Made by a program: the position numbers and the translations under genes. Positions 1-12,500 of a stretch of DNA of 42,127 nucleotides are shown here, piece by piece (position 1 is the first letter of the stretch; each line of letters begins with the position of its first letter). Origin of the DNA: Octopus bimaculoides (Eukaryota). The stretch lies in the NCBI RefSeq assembly GCF_001194135.2, contig NC_068981.1, forward strand, positions 183,780,592 to 183,822,718. Reading direction: 5' to 3'. The notes under the pieces are model-generated. The model saw only the letters and a program-made list of their open reading frames with translations. It ran no database searches and had not been told where the DNA came from.

Positions 1-266
1 TACGCTTTTCCCTCCGGTTTTTTGTTCTATGTGTGCCATAAATATCGCCATCCACTTTAGAGAAAAATTTGTAGTTTGGAATCAGTAGTTCTTTGACTGC
101 TATTTCTAAATTTTCAGTATGTTGGAGAAGCAACTCAATTGCTAATCCCTGTATATTTATAATGATAAATAGTTTTACCGATAAAGGTTTTTTTCATACT
201 GAACTACTTGGCAGAATTGTTAATTATTAATTCTATAATTAATTGACGATTCTCTGCCCTTATTCT

Positions 267-307
<41 letters not shown>

Positions 308-701
308 GTATACACACACACACACACACACACTGCTACACTGCCTACATCTATGTGGGCAGAAATAACAATATATACATTCACTTTTTAAAGTCTTCTC
401 TACAGATTTCCTACAGAAATTATAACCAACACTAAAAGTCATGGCATTTTGTAAGTGATTGACTCGCTCTGCTAACACGATCGGTCACACTATTGTCTAA
501 TAAAGCCTTTTGATATGCTTAGTAGTATATTATATGGTCACAAAACAAAATACCATGTACCTATCAGCAATTAGTATATACAATACACAACATCTGTTAA
601 CGACGTGTTAATCAATTAAGCAGTTTGCAAAGTACTACTTTCTTTGCTCAGTGAGTCTGAGAGAAAAATACACAACAGAGTTTATGTACGTATGTGACAG
701 A

Positions 702-761
<60 letters not shown>

Positions 762-1174
762 NNNNNNNNNNNNNNNNNNNNNNNNNNNNNNNNNNNNNNN
801 NNNNNNNNNNNNNNNNNNNNNNNNNNNNNNNNNNNNNNNNNNNNNNNNNNNNNNNNNNNNNNNNNNNNNNNNNNNNNNNNNNNNNNNNNNNNNNNNNNNN
901 NNNNNNNNNNNNNNNNNNNNNNNNNNNNNNNNNNNNNNNNNNNNNNNNNNNNNNNNNNNNNNNNNNNNNNNNNNNNNNNNNNNNNNNNNNNNNNNNNNNN
1001 NNNNNNNNNNNNNNNNNNNNNNNNNNNNNNNNNNNNNNNNNNNNNNNNNNNNNNNNNNNNNNNNNNNNNNNNNNNNNNNNNNNNNNNNNNNNNNNNNNNN
1101 NNNNNNNNNNNNNNNNNNNNNNNNNNNNNNNNNNNNNNNNNNNNNNNNNNNNNNNNNNNNNNNNNNNNNNNNNA

Positions 1175-1300
1175 TAGGTGTGGGGGTGATAGGTGTGGGG
1201 GTGATAGGTGTGGGGGTGATAGGTGTGGGGGTGATAGGTGTGGGGTGATAGGTGTGGGGTGATAGGTGTGGGGTGATAGGTGTGGGGTGATAGGTGGGGG
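1175..1300 (+). repeat. 14-15 bp G-rich tandem repeat (ATAGGTGTGGGG[G]TG)n
   Basis: At least 8 units visible, continuing into the N gap; (TG)n on the other side of the gap at 704-761. Confidence 0.9.
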
Positions 1301-1461
1301 GACTGTATAAAAAAATAAATAAAAACCAGAAATGAGCGAAACAATCAACAAATAACATGGAACTTGGCATCTTTGTTCCTGGCATTAACAAAAATTTCGG
1401 TTACACAGAATTTAGGTTACACCAATTCTCTGACAAAAGGCACTAAACTATTTGGTTTAAA

Positions 1462-1599
1462 TCACAACTCGTCATGGAATTGTGCAGCAGACAGAAACCA
1501 TTCCTCGTAGACTTTCTTGGGGTCAATCATCCAATGTTTGTGAAAGGAAATGGGATCCTGAAGTTCCAGCAGTTCTTTGTTGTAATCATTGGGTCTCGC
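1462..1599 (-). CDS. B3GLCT: B3GLCT exon 14 (last coding exon, HDEL-stop)
   Basis: [45 protein letters not shown]; cag acceptor; TGA at 1462-1464. Confidence 0.96.
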   Translation of the reverse strand, partial: ARPNDYNKELLELQDPISFHKHWMIDPKKVYEEWFLSAAQFHDEL

Positions 1600-4500
1600 C
1601 TGTTTAGGAATACAAAAAGCATTATCAAAGTCCTTCATAAAGGTAATAAAATAAGGAACACTACAAAGACATAGTGGAGGCACATGGCTGAGTGGTTGGA
1701 AAAGCGGATTCGCAGTCAAGGGATCGTAGGTTCAAATCTCAGACTGGGCAATGTATGTGTTTATGCAGAAAATACCTGAGCTCCACACGGCTCCAGCAAA
1801 AGGTAATGGCGAACCTCTGCTGACTGTTTCGTCACAACTTTCTCTCACCTTTTCATCCTGCATCTAGCAGCTTACCTGTGACAGACCGGCGTGCCGTCCA
1901 GGTAGGGAACCTATATGCCAATGAAACAGGGAAACCTGCCCTTATGAGCCTGGCATGGCTCGAGAAGTCACAAACAACAACAAAGACATAGACGGTAAAT
2001 AGAGCGAAGAAGAAATATATTTTCGCTCGTCACTGATCTGGGATAACACAGAACATGCAAATTGTGAACCATGCGATGCTTATCACGAATTGATCAGTGA
2101 TAACATGGGTCAGCAATGAGTCAAAGATTCTACTCGGACCACAAAAGAATGCTCTTACAACCATTCAGTGTTCAGTTACCCATAATGCACGATCACATGT
2201 TTACATCACTGAGCTGCAAGTCTGCATACTTTTTTTTATACAGATTTACATACACAGCCGCATCAACATGTCATCAGTGAGCAGAGCAAATATTCTTCAG
2301 CTATATATTTTCATTGTTTAATGATCAGCGTAGGAGTTATATACTGGTTATACTTCTATAATATACAAAATATTAAAATTATTTTTATAGGCGCAGGAGT
2401 GGCTGTGTGGTAAGTAGCTTGCTTACCAACCTCATGGTTCCGGGTTCAGTCCCACTGCGTGACACATTGGGCAAGTGTCTTCTTCTATAGCCTCGGGCCA
2501 ACCAAAGCGTTGTGAGTGGATTTGGTAGACGGAAACTGAAAGAAGCTGGTCGTATATATGTATATATATGTATGTGTGTGTTTATGTTTGTGTGTCTGTG
2601 TTTGTCCCCCAACATCGCTTGACAACCAATGCTGGTGTGGTTTCGGCCCCGTAACTTAGGCTTACAAAGAATAAGTCCTGGGGTTGATTTTCTCGACTAA
2701 AGGTGGTGCTCCAGCATGGCCACAGTCAAATGACTGAAACAGGTAAAAGAGTAAAGAGAGTATATGCTATCAAATTTTACTCTAAACATTTTTCCAACTG
2801 TTTAGCTAAGAGACAACTGAATTTAGGTTTAGGAATGAAGAACAAGCTGTAGTGTTTACCTGGTGAAACAAAGAACTGTGAATAACAGGGATATTGAGGT
2901 TCTGCAGACATATTCCAAGAATCATGTCATCTGGAGAATCATCACGAGGACAGCTGCAGAGGTTGCTGCTGACCATAAACTGAACTGCTGCTCGACTGAA
3001 CACCATCCTGGGGGAGAAAAATCATAAACATGAGAAGGTCAATGAAATATATTAAAAAATGTTGAACAGAGAGAGAGACAGAAGAGAGAGGGAGAGAGAG
3101 AGAAAAAAGACAGAGAGACAGACAAAGTTTTTAATGATACTTCTGTCAATTTTTTTTCTTTTTTTCATCTTTTGGTCAGAAGGGAAGGCAATGCCAATGG
3201 CCTTTTATAGTGCCTCCAAGACTAACTGGGGGTTGAGAGGGACGTGAGAGGGGGAGGAGATGGGACATGAGAGGAGGGGAGAGAGGGACGTGAGAGGAGG
3301 GGAGAGAGGGACGTGAGNNNNNNNNNNNNNNNNNNNNNNNNNNNNNNNNNNNNNNNNNNNNNNNNNNNNNNNNNNNNNNNNNNNNNNNNNNNNNNNNNNN
3401 NNNNNNNNNNNNNNNNNNNNNNNNNNNNNNNNNNNNNNNNNNGAGACGGAGGAGAGGGACGCAAGACTGGGGGCAGGGACGTGAGGCAGGGACGGACGCA
3501 AGACGGGGACAGGGATGAGAGAGGAGGAGAAGAACGCAAAATGGGGACAGGGATGAGTGAGGAGGAGAAGGACGCGGTATGGTTTCTACAGCTGGATGCC
3601 CTTCCTAACACCAACCACTTTACAAAGTGTACTGAGAGAATTCTAGATGGCACCAGTGGGGCCACCATGCAGCCCACCAGACTAAAGTGCCCTCTTAAGT
3701 GAATTGGTGTGTAATAGAGCAGGAGGTGGCATTATGTTGAGAAGTTAAAGTAGGATAGAAGGGAACAGGAACAGGTTTCAGGTTGTAAAGGTTTTTCATG
3801 GTGACCTCACGCCAATATGATGCAATATACTCATTAACATAAGGTGGCAAGCTAGAAGAAATGCTAGCACACTGGGTGAAATTCTTAGCAGTATTTCGTC
3901 TGTCTTTACGTTCTGAGTTCAAATTCCACCAGTGAAATATCAATATAAATTACACAGTAATATATTGTATGTATTACATATGGCATTATGATGTAAAACA
4001 ATATTATTATGTAATACATGCAGCAATAGGACGCAATGTACAATGCACACAGCAACAGGACGTGAAGCAAACAGCAACAGAACAACATACATACAGCAAC
4101 GGGGCAACATACACACAGCAATGGGGCAACACACACACACACACACACACACACCAATGGGACAACATACACACACACACACCAATGGGACAACATACAC
4201 ACACCGAAACAACATGCACACACCAACGAGACAACATTAACACAGCAATAGGACACAATGCATACCGCAATAGGACACAATGCATATCACAATAGGAAAC
4301 AATACCTACCACAATAGGACACAATGCATACGGCAATAGGACACAATGCATACGGCAATAGGACACAATGCATACCGCAATAGGACACAATGCATACAGC
4401 AATAGGACACAATGCATACAGCAATAGGACACAATGCATACAGCAATAGGACACAATGCATACAGCAATAGGACAATGCATGCAGCAATAGGAAACAATG

Positions 4501-7500
4501 CATACAGAAATAGGAAACAAGACATATAGCAATAGGACACAATGCATACAGCAATAGGACACAATGCATACCGCAATAGGAAACAAGGCATACAGCAATA
4601 GGAAACAAGGCATACAGCAATAGGAAACAAGGCATACAGCAATAGGACACGGTGCATACAGCAATAGGACACGGTGCATACAGCAATAGGACACGGTGCA
4701 TACAGCAATAGGACACGGTGCATACAGCAATAGGACACGGTGCATACAGCNNNNNNNNNNNNNNNNNNNNNNNNNNNNNNNNNNNNNNNNNNNNNNNNNN
4801 NNNNNNNNNNNNNNNNNNNNNNNNNNNNNNNNNNNNNNNNNNNNNNNNNNNNNNNNNNNNNNNNNNNNNNNNNNNNNNNNNNNNNNNNNNNNNNNNNNNN
4901 NNNNNNNNNNNNNNNNNNNNNNNNNNNNNNNNNNNNNNNNNNNNNNNNNNNNNNNNNNNNNNNNNNNNNNNNNNNNNNNNNNNNNNNNNNNNNNNNNNNN
5001 NNNNNNNNNNNNNNNNNNNNNNCACGGTGCATACAGCAATAGGACACGGTGCATACAGCAATAGGACACGGTGCATACAGCAATAGGACACGGTGCATAC
5101 AGCAATAGGACACGGTGCATACAGCAATAGGACGCAATGCATACAGCAATAGGACGCAATGCATACAGCAATAGGACGCAATGCATACAGCAATAGGACG
5201 CAATGCATACAGCAATAGGACAATGAATACAGCTATATAATATACATTGTAAAATGATGCAATACACCAGACCATGAAACAACATACATACCCTCCACCT
5301 CCAGTGATGTAATTGTAACCAGAACCTGTTGTGACACCATAGCCATACCTCTCTCCAATAGCCAGAGCTTCAGCTGGGTTGTAACAGGCCAACATTTTCC
5401 GCAGTCTTGTAATACTGTTATGTAAAATAGGTTTCATTATAACACAATTATATGCATACTCACACACAAGCTGTCTGAGAGGTTAAAATGCATTCTTTAT
5501 AATATTCATCATGGTAACCCTTGACATCATCATCTCATGCCGGTACCATGCAATACGCACCCATGCCGGCACCATCTAAAAAGTACCCATGTCAGTGCCA
5601 TGTAAATAGTACCAAGTTCACACTGTAAAGTGGATGGCATTAGGAAGGGAATCCAGCTACAAAAAAACCATGCCAAAGTAGGCAGTAGAGTTTGTTGCTG
5701 TCCTCAAGATTGCCAGCTCTTGTCAAAACATTCAACCCATGAGTGCCATTTGCCTGACATTAGGGTGAATTTATGTGCCACCAGCATGGGTGCAATTTGC
5801 GTGACATTGGAGTGCATGTATGTGCCACCAACATGGGTACCATTTGCTTGACACCAAGGTGTATTTATGTACAACTGGCATGGGTGCCAGCTTGCGTGAG
5901 ACCAGGGTGCATTTATGTGCCACCGGAATGGGTGCCATTTGCATGACACCAGGGTGTATTTATGTACTAGCAGCATGGGTACCAGTTTGTGTGACACTAG
6001 GGTGCATTTATATAACCCTGGTTATATAAATGTACCGGGGTGCATTTATATAACACCACAAATTGCGTGACACCGGGGGGNNNNNNNNNNNNNNGGGGGG
6101 GGGGGGGTATTTACATGCTACTGGCACAGGTGCCAATTTGTGTGACACTGGTATCTACAACAACTGCAATTTTGCTTAGCTTGATGGGTCTTCTCAAGCA
6201 TGACATAATACTAAAGGTCTATGTTATAACAATCACTATAGATTACAGTGGCCTGGGAGGATAGATATAATATCTATGTTATAACACAGTGTAGTATAGT
6301 GACCTGGAATGAATGATATAGGATATCTGTGTTAAACATAACCTTTGTGATCCAGTGATTTGGAAAGGCACCACACCGTTGGACTAGACCTGAGAACACA
6401 TTGTTAGGAAGTAAGGCCACTTAAGCACACAACCACAATTGTACAAAATATCACATAAAAATTAATTCTTACCTAATAATGGTATCATCATCGACAATGA
6501 GTAACCATGGTTTACTGGAGATCGAGGGTTCTCGAAGAGCTCGTATGAGAATATTGTATGTCTTTTTGCAGTGACCTGAAAAGGTATATATATATATAAT
6601 AATATTTATATATTATTGATTTTCCATACATATATATATATATACTCAAAATATCTGGCAGTGTTGGCTATAGCCTAGTCACCCGTATTACNNNNNNNNN
6701 NNNNNNNNNNNNNNNNNNNNNNNNNNNNNNNNNNNNNNNNNNNNNNNNNNNNNNNNNNNNNNNNNNNNNNNNNNNNNNNNNNNNNNNNNNNATATAAAAC
6801 ATTGGCAGAGCCATACAATGATATAGAATAAAATACTAGCATTTGCTACCAATTCTTGCTCCCAAGAAGGTCAACCTCCTGAAATTCCTTTCCTGCCCTG
6901 GGTTTTTTGTTTTTTTTTTACCTGTAGACATTGACACAGATTGCAGATGCTCAAACTGGCCATAATTCATACTGATCTTAACATTCTGGGAAGACCTGCA
7001 AAGGTCATGGACACAATCCCCTCCTACACACTAAGTGATAAAAATGTGACAGGCTCCAACAACAGAGCACAAAATCAGTAAAAACAGAAAAGAAAAAATG
7101 TATAGAAGGCATCAAATATTTAATATTTATTACCTCTTTCTGTATTTCGAACACCAAGACTAATCGTTGGGATGGATAAATCTTCAACATCACTGTACAA
7201 CTCAACATGTTTTGCTTCTCTTAACCATGTAGACTTGACAATTGGTACTAAAATGAAAAGAAAACAAAGAAAAGTAAGGAAAGAGAAGTTCCACACATGC
7301 AGTAAATACATGAAATTACCCTACCTTTCATATACGGAGTGGTTGGCATTAGGAAGGGCATCTAGCTGTAGAAACATTACCAGATAAGATTGGAGCCAAG
7401 TACAGCCTTCTGGCTTGCCAGTCCTCAGTCAAACCGTCCAACCCATGCCAGCATGGAAAGCAGACGTTAAACGATGATGATGATGATGATGTGTGTATAT

Positions 7501-8442
7501 GTCTGAATGGTGAAGGCAGGTAGCTTAGTAGTTAGAGGTATTTGGCTCATGATGATAAGGTGAAGAGTTTGATTCCTGATGGTGTGTTGTGTCCTTGAAC
7601 AAGACACTTTTTTTCACATTTCTCCAGTCCACTCAGCTGGCAAAAATAAATCATACCTGTATTTCAAAGGGCCAGCCTTGTCACATTCCGTGTCATGCTA
7701 AATCTACCAAAAATCTACATTAAGGGTGTGCGTGTCTGTGGAGTGTTCAGCCACTTTCACATTAACTTCACAAACAAGCTGTTCTGTTCATCAACTGGAA
7801 CACTCTTGTGGTGGATATCCCTAGGTGAGAAGTGGGCTGGTCCACTACTCATAAATGGTGGATTGACACAGTCAGTAAGGTACGCTGTTCAGGTCAGGAC
7901 TGCAGAGACAACGGAATACATTGTCAAAATGCAGAACATAACAAATACTAGTCATCATAACTAATAGAGTGCCAGTTACTTGTTGTTTAGCCTAAGTCAG
8001 CTCCAATTAAGCAGAACTTGGATCAAAGTTATTTCAGCAGGGAGCCTATTGTTGTTGTACTTTTTCATCTTTAAGCATCATTTATGTGCAATATATTTGT
8101 CTAATGTGTCCTTCCATTTTGTTTCTTTCAACTGGAACACTGATTACTGTAACCAACAGAGTGCCTGAATAAAAATGTCTGTGGGGACAAGAAAACCAAC
8201 ACCTGGATTTAACAGCAGCATACAAACCATCAAGGAGAAGAAATTGGTAACCAACATTGGATTAAATTACCTACTTATTTTGATGATCTGGTATTATAAA
8301 GGTAACCATGCAAGTGTCAATGCAATGATTATCAAATGACATACTAGCACATGCTAATGAAACAGATAAAGGTTTTGTAATTTATGATGTAATAATAATA
8401 ATAATAATAATAATAATTTTTGTCTCAAGTTTTATTCTACTC

Positions 8443-8502
<60 letters not shown>

Positions 8503-9515
8503 ACACATTCATGTATGCATGCATATACACTAAAACCTCAGGTGAATGTACATACACTCTAAATGTATGTGAGCAATTTTGGTAGATGGAAACTGTAGGA
8601 AGCTCATTGCGCATATATATAAATCAAACCATGCCAATGAAGACAGAGAACCTGGCAGAGCCCTCTGGCATATCTGTTCTTGTCAAACTATCCAACCCAT
8701 GCCAGCATGGAAAAGATGTTAAATGACAATGATGAAATCAAACACCCACCTCAGTCAGTTCGAAACCCCACAGTTTAGTCCCCATTCCCTTAATTTCTAC
8801 CTCAAACTATGGCAGAAATCACTCAGGCCCCTGAAGAACCAAATTACAGATTACTGAATGTATTATTTCAATGTAAATACTTACTTCGTTCCTTGTGAAA
8901 TTTCTGACATGTCTTCACAGCCACAAACAAGTCATTACTTGAGATGGGGGCACCCTGGGATTAAAATAACAGACAAACATTATCATTATGTCCACAACAT
9001 AATACAGTGCAAACATCAAACTAACATATATACTTTAGAGCAGTGTTTCCCAACCTTTTTACCCTTGTGTTGTCGGAGACCCCCTTTGGTTATGACTGAC
9101 CATGGCATTGCACCTAGAAAGTTACCCTCCGAGGCACAAGTCTGAGCAAGGTTGTTTATGGAAGACCAGCAGTCACCCATGCATTCCAGCCTCCCCTCTT
9201 CACGCCACCGATGTTATCCAAGGGAACGGCAAAAGCTGATACAGCTCGGCATCAGTGACGTCGCAACTCATTTCTACAGCTGAGTGAACTGGAGCAACGT
9301 GAAATAAAGTGTCTTGCTCAAGAACACAACATGCAGCCCGGTCCAAGATTCAAACTCACCACCTCACGGTCATAAGCTTGACACTCTAACCACTGAGCCA
9401 TGCGTCTTCACACCCTTGAGTAACCCTTAGAATAAATTACATGCCTCAAGGAACCCCTGCACGAAAAAAATTATATACCATATCTTTCTCATATTTTTTT
9501 CATCGATGTTCACAT

Positions 9516-9573
<58 letters not shown>

Positions 9574-12500
9574 CAATGGTTGTTATATTTTTCTGATAAT
9601 ATAAAAGGTGAGATAAGATGATGTCTATATTACAATAACCAATATGTTGTGCATGTATGGTAATATTACGAACATGAAACTAGCATTAGCTTATATCTCA
9701 CTCTTTCTCACAGAACCCCTAGGAACCTTTTGCAGAACCTTAGGGTTTCAGGGAACCCCGGTTGAAATTTCTGCTTTAGATATAACCCACCACCAGCAAC
9801 ACCACCATCATCATCAATAGCAGCAAGTTTTAATGATTTACAATTGTTTTTTTTAAATGTCTTCTAAAAATCAATCTTCAAGCAAAGGTGCAAGGCTTAG
9901 TGGTTGGAGGTATTCAGCTCATGATTAAGGTTGGGTGTTCAATTCCCAGCAGTGCAGTGTATCCTTGAATCCATTCAGCGGGTAAAAATGAGCTGTGCCT
10001 GTATTTTGATGGGCCAGCCTTGACAAAATCTGTATCATGTTGAATCTTCCCAAGAAATATGTCATGGGTATGCATGTCTGCAGAGTGCTCAATCACTTGC
10101 ACATTAATTTCATGAGCAGGTTGTTACGTTGATCCAGAATGCCAGTCAATCTTCTTTTTTTTTAAAAGGACATGAGTAAACACTTGGCTAATGACCCTGT
10201 TGTATCTTGGTCAAGACACACAACTTCAGCAGCCCATCTTTGCAGTTAAGCAAGTAATGAATGGAGGGGGAACAAAATAGTGGTTCAACAAAGAATTGAG
10301 CTAAAAGTAATAGCTGAAACTTCAAATGACACTATGCTATAAATCCTCAGATGACACTGGCAGCGTCAGTAGAGTGTCAGACAGAATGAATGCTTTATGG
10401 TATTTATTTTGACTCCTGGCACCCTGGGTTCAAATCACAAAAGTAACCAATAAGTATGATTTTATAATAATTATAATTTTATTTTTCCAAATTTCATGAT
10501 AAACGAATGCTAATGACATAGATATTAATTTTCAAATTGAAAATATCAATAAATTAAAATTAAATTAAGCAAGTTTTGTATTTGAATCTTACTTATTTAC
10601 TGGTTTCAGTCATTGGACTGCAACCATGCTGGGGCACTGCCTTGAAGGGTTTTGTTGAGCAAATCGGCCACAGCACTTTGTTTTTTAAATCTGGTACTTA
10701 TTCTATCAGTCTCTTTTATCAAACTACTAAGTTATGGTTAAGTAAACAAACACCAGTTGTCAAGCAGGCAGAGAGAGACAAACACACACATATGGACACA
10801 CTACATACATACATTACATACAAATAAATACACATACATACACACAAGCACATTACATTCTTGTATACTCATATACATACATATCCGTGTGTACACACAT
10901 TTACATGTATGCTCACACATACATATACATACATACATGTACACACATACACACGTACACACAAACATACATGNNNNNNNNNNNNNNNNNNNNNNNNNNN
11001 NNNNNNNNNNNNNNNNNNNNNNNNNNNNNNNNNNNNNNNNNNNNNNNNNNNNNNNNNNNNNNNNNNNNNNNNNNNNNNNNNNNNNNNNNNNNNNNNNNNN
11101 NNNNNNNNNNNNNNNNNNNNNNNNNNNNNNNNNNNNNNNNNNNNNNNNNNNNNNNNNNNNNNNNNNNNNNNNNNNNNNNNNNNNNNNNNNNNNNNNNNNN
11201 NNNNNNNNNNNNNNNNNNNNNNNNNNNNNNNNNNNNNNNNNNNNNNNNNNNNNNNNNNNNNNNNNNNNNNNNNNNNNNNNNNNNNNNNNNNNNNNNNNNN
11301 NNNNNNNNNNNNNNNNNNNNNNNNNNNNNNNNNNNNNNNNNNNNNNNNNNNNNNNNNNNNNNNNNNNNNNNNNNNNNNNNNNNNNNNNNNNNNNNNNNNN
11401 NNNNNNNNNNNNNNNNNNNNNNNNNNNNNNNNNNNNNNNNNNNNNNNNNNNNNNNNNNNNNNNNNNNNNNNNNNNNNNNNNNNNNNNNNNNNNNNNNNNN
11501 NNNNNNNNNNNNNNNNNNNNNNNNNNNNNNNNNNNNNNNNNNNNNNNNNNNNNNNNNNNNNNNNNNNNNNNNNNNNNNNNNNNNNNNNNNNNNNNNNNNN
11601 NNNNNNNNNNNNNNNNNNNNNNNNNNNNNNNNNNNNNNNNNNNNNNNNNNNNNNNNNNNNNNNNNNNNNNNNNNNACACACACACACATACATAGACACA
11701 CACACACATACATAGACACACACACACATACATAGACACACACACACATACATAGACACACACACAATGGGTCTTCACACCAAATTTCCTCACAAGGCAT
11801 TGATCAGCCGGGGGTTGTAATACAAGACGGCCAAGGTGTCACATAGGGGGACTAAACTCAAAACATGTGGTTGCAAAATGAGTTTCCTAACCACATAGCC
11901 ATGCCTGCACCTATATTACCAATAGATATGTTATCAATAACAATGATACTGTCTGACAATCAATTACAGATGCAGCATCGATCTTTTACAGCCAATAGGA
12001 TCAAAACGATGTTTCCAACATGATCTGTTGTTAATGCGAGTGACTGTAGGGTAAACAAGGGAGATAAATCCAACAAACTTAGAGTTGCCTTCCTTCGACA
12101 GACAAACGAAAATAGACAGAGGTGGCTATATTAAGAGATGATAGACTCCATTGCTTCTTATTTATCAAATTTCACTTACTACAAAGAAAAAAATTAGATG
12201 GAGATTTATATATAAATATATAAAAAATATGTATAAATACACACACACACACACACATACACGATAGGCTTCTTTCAGTTTTAGTCTATCAAATACACTC
12301 GTAAGGCTTTGGTTAGCCTATGGTTATAGTAGAAGGCACATGCCAAAGGTGCCACACAGAAGAATTGAACCTGAGACCATGTAGCTGGAGAAGTGAATTT
12401 CTTAACCACACGGGCATCCATACATGCTGTAAACTCCCCAGCACCAACACAAGATGTGAGTGAATGTGAAAAATAACCCAACTCAGTCTCAGTTAGGCTA

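Noticed and set aside
1312-1325. AATAAA hexamers near the gene 3' end
   Set aside because: They are on the + strand, opposite to B3GLCT, and no + strand gene is evident upstream.
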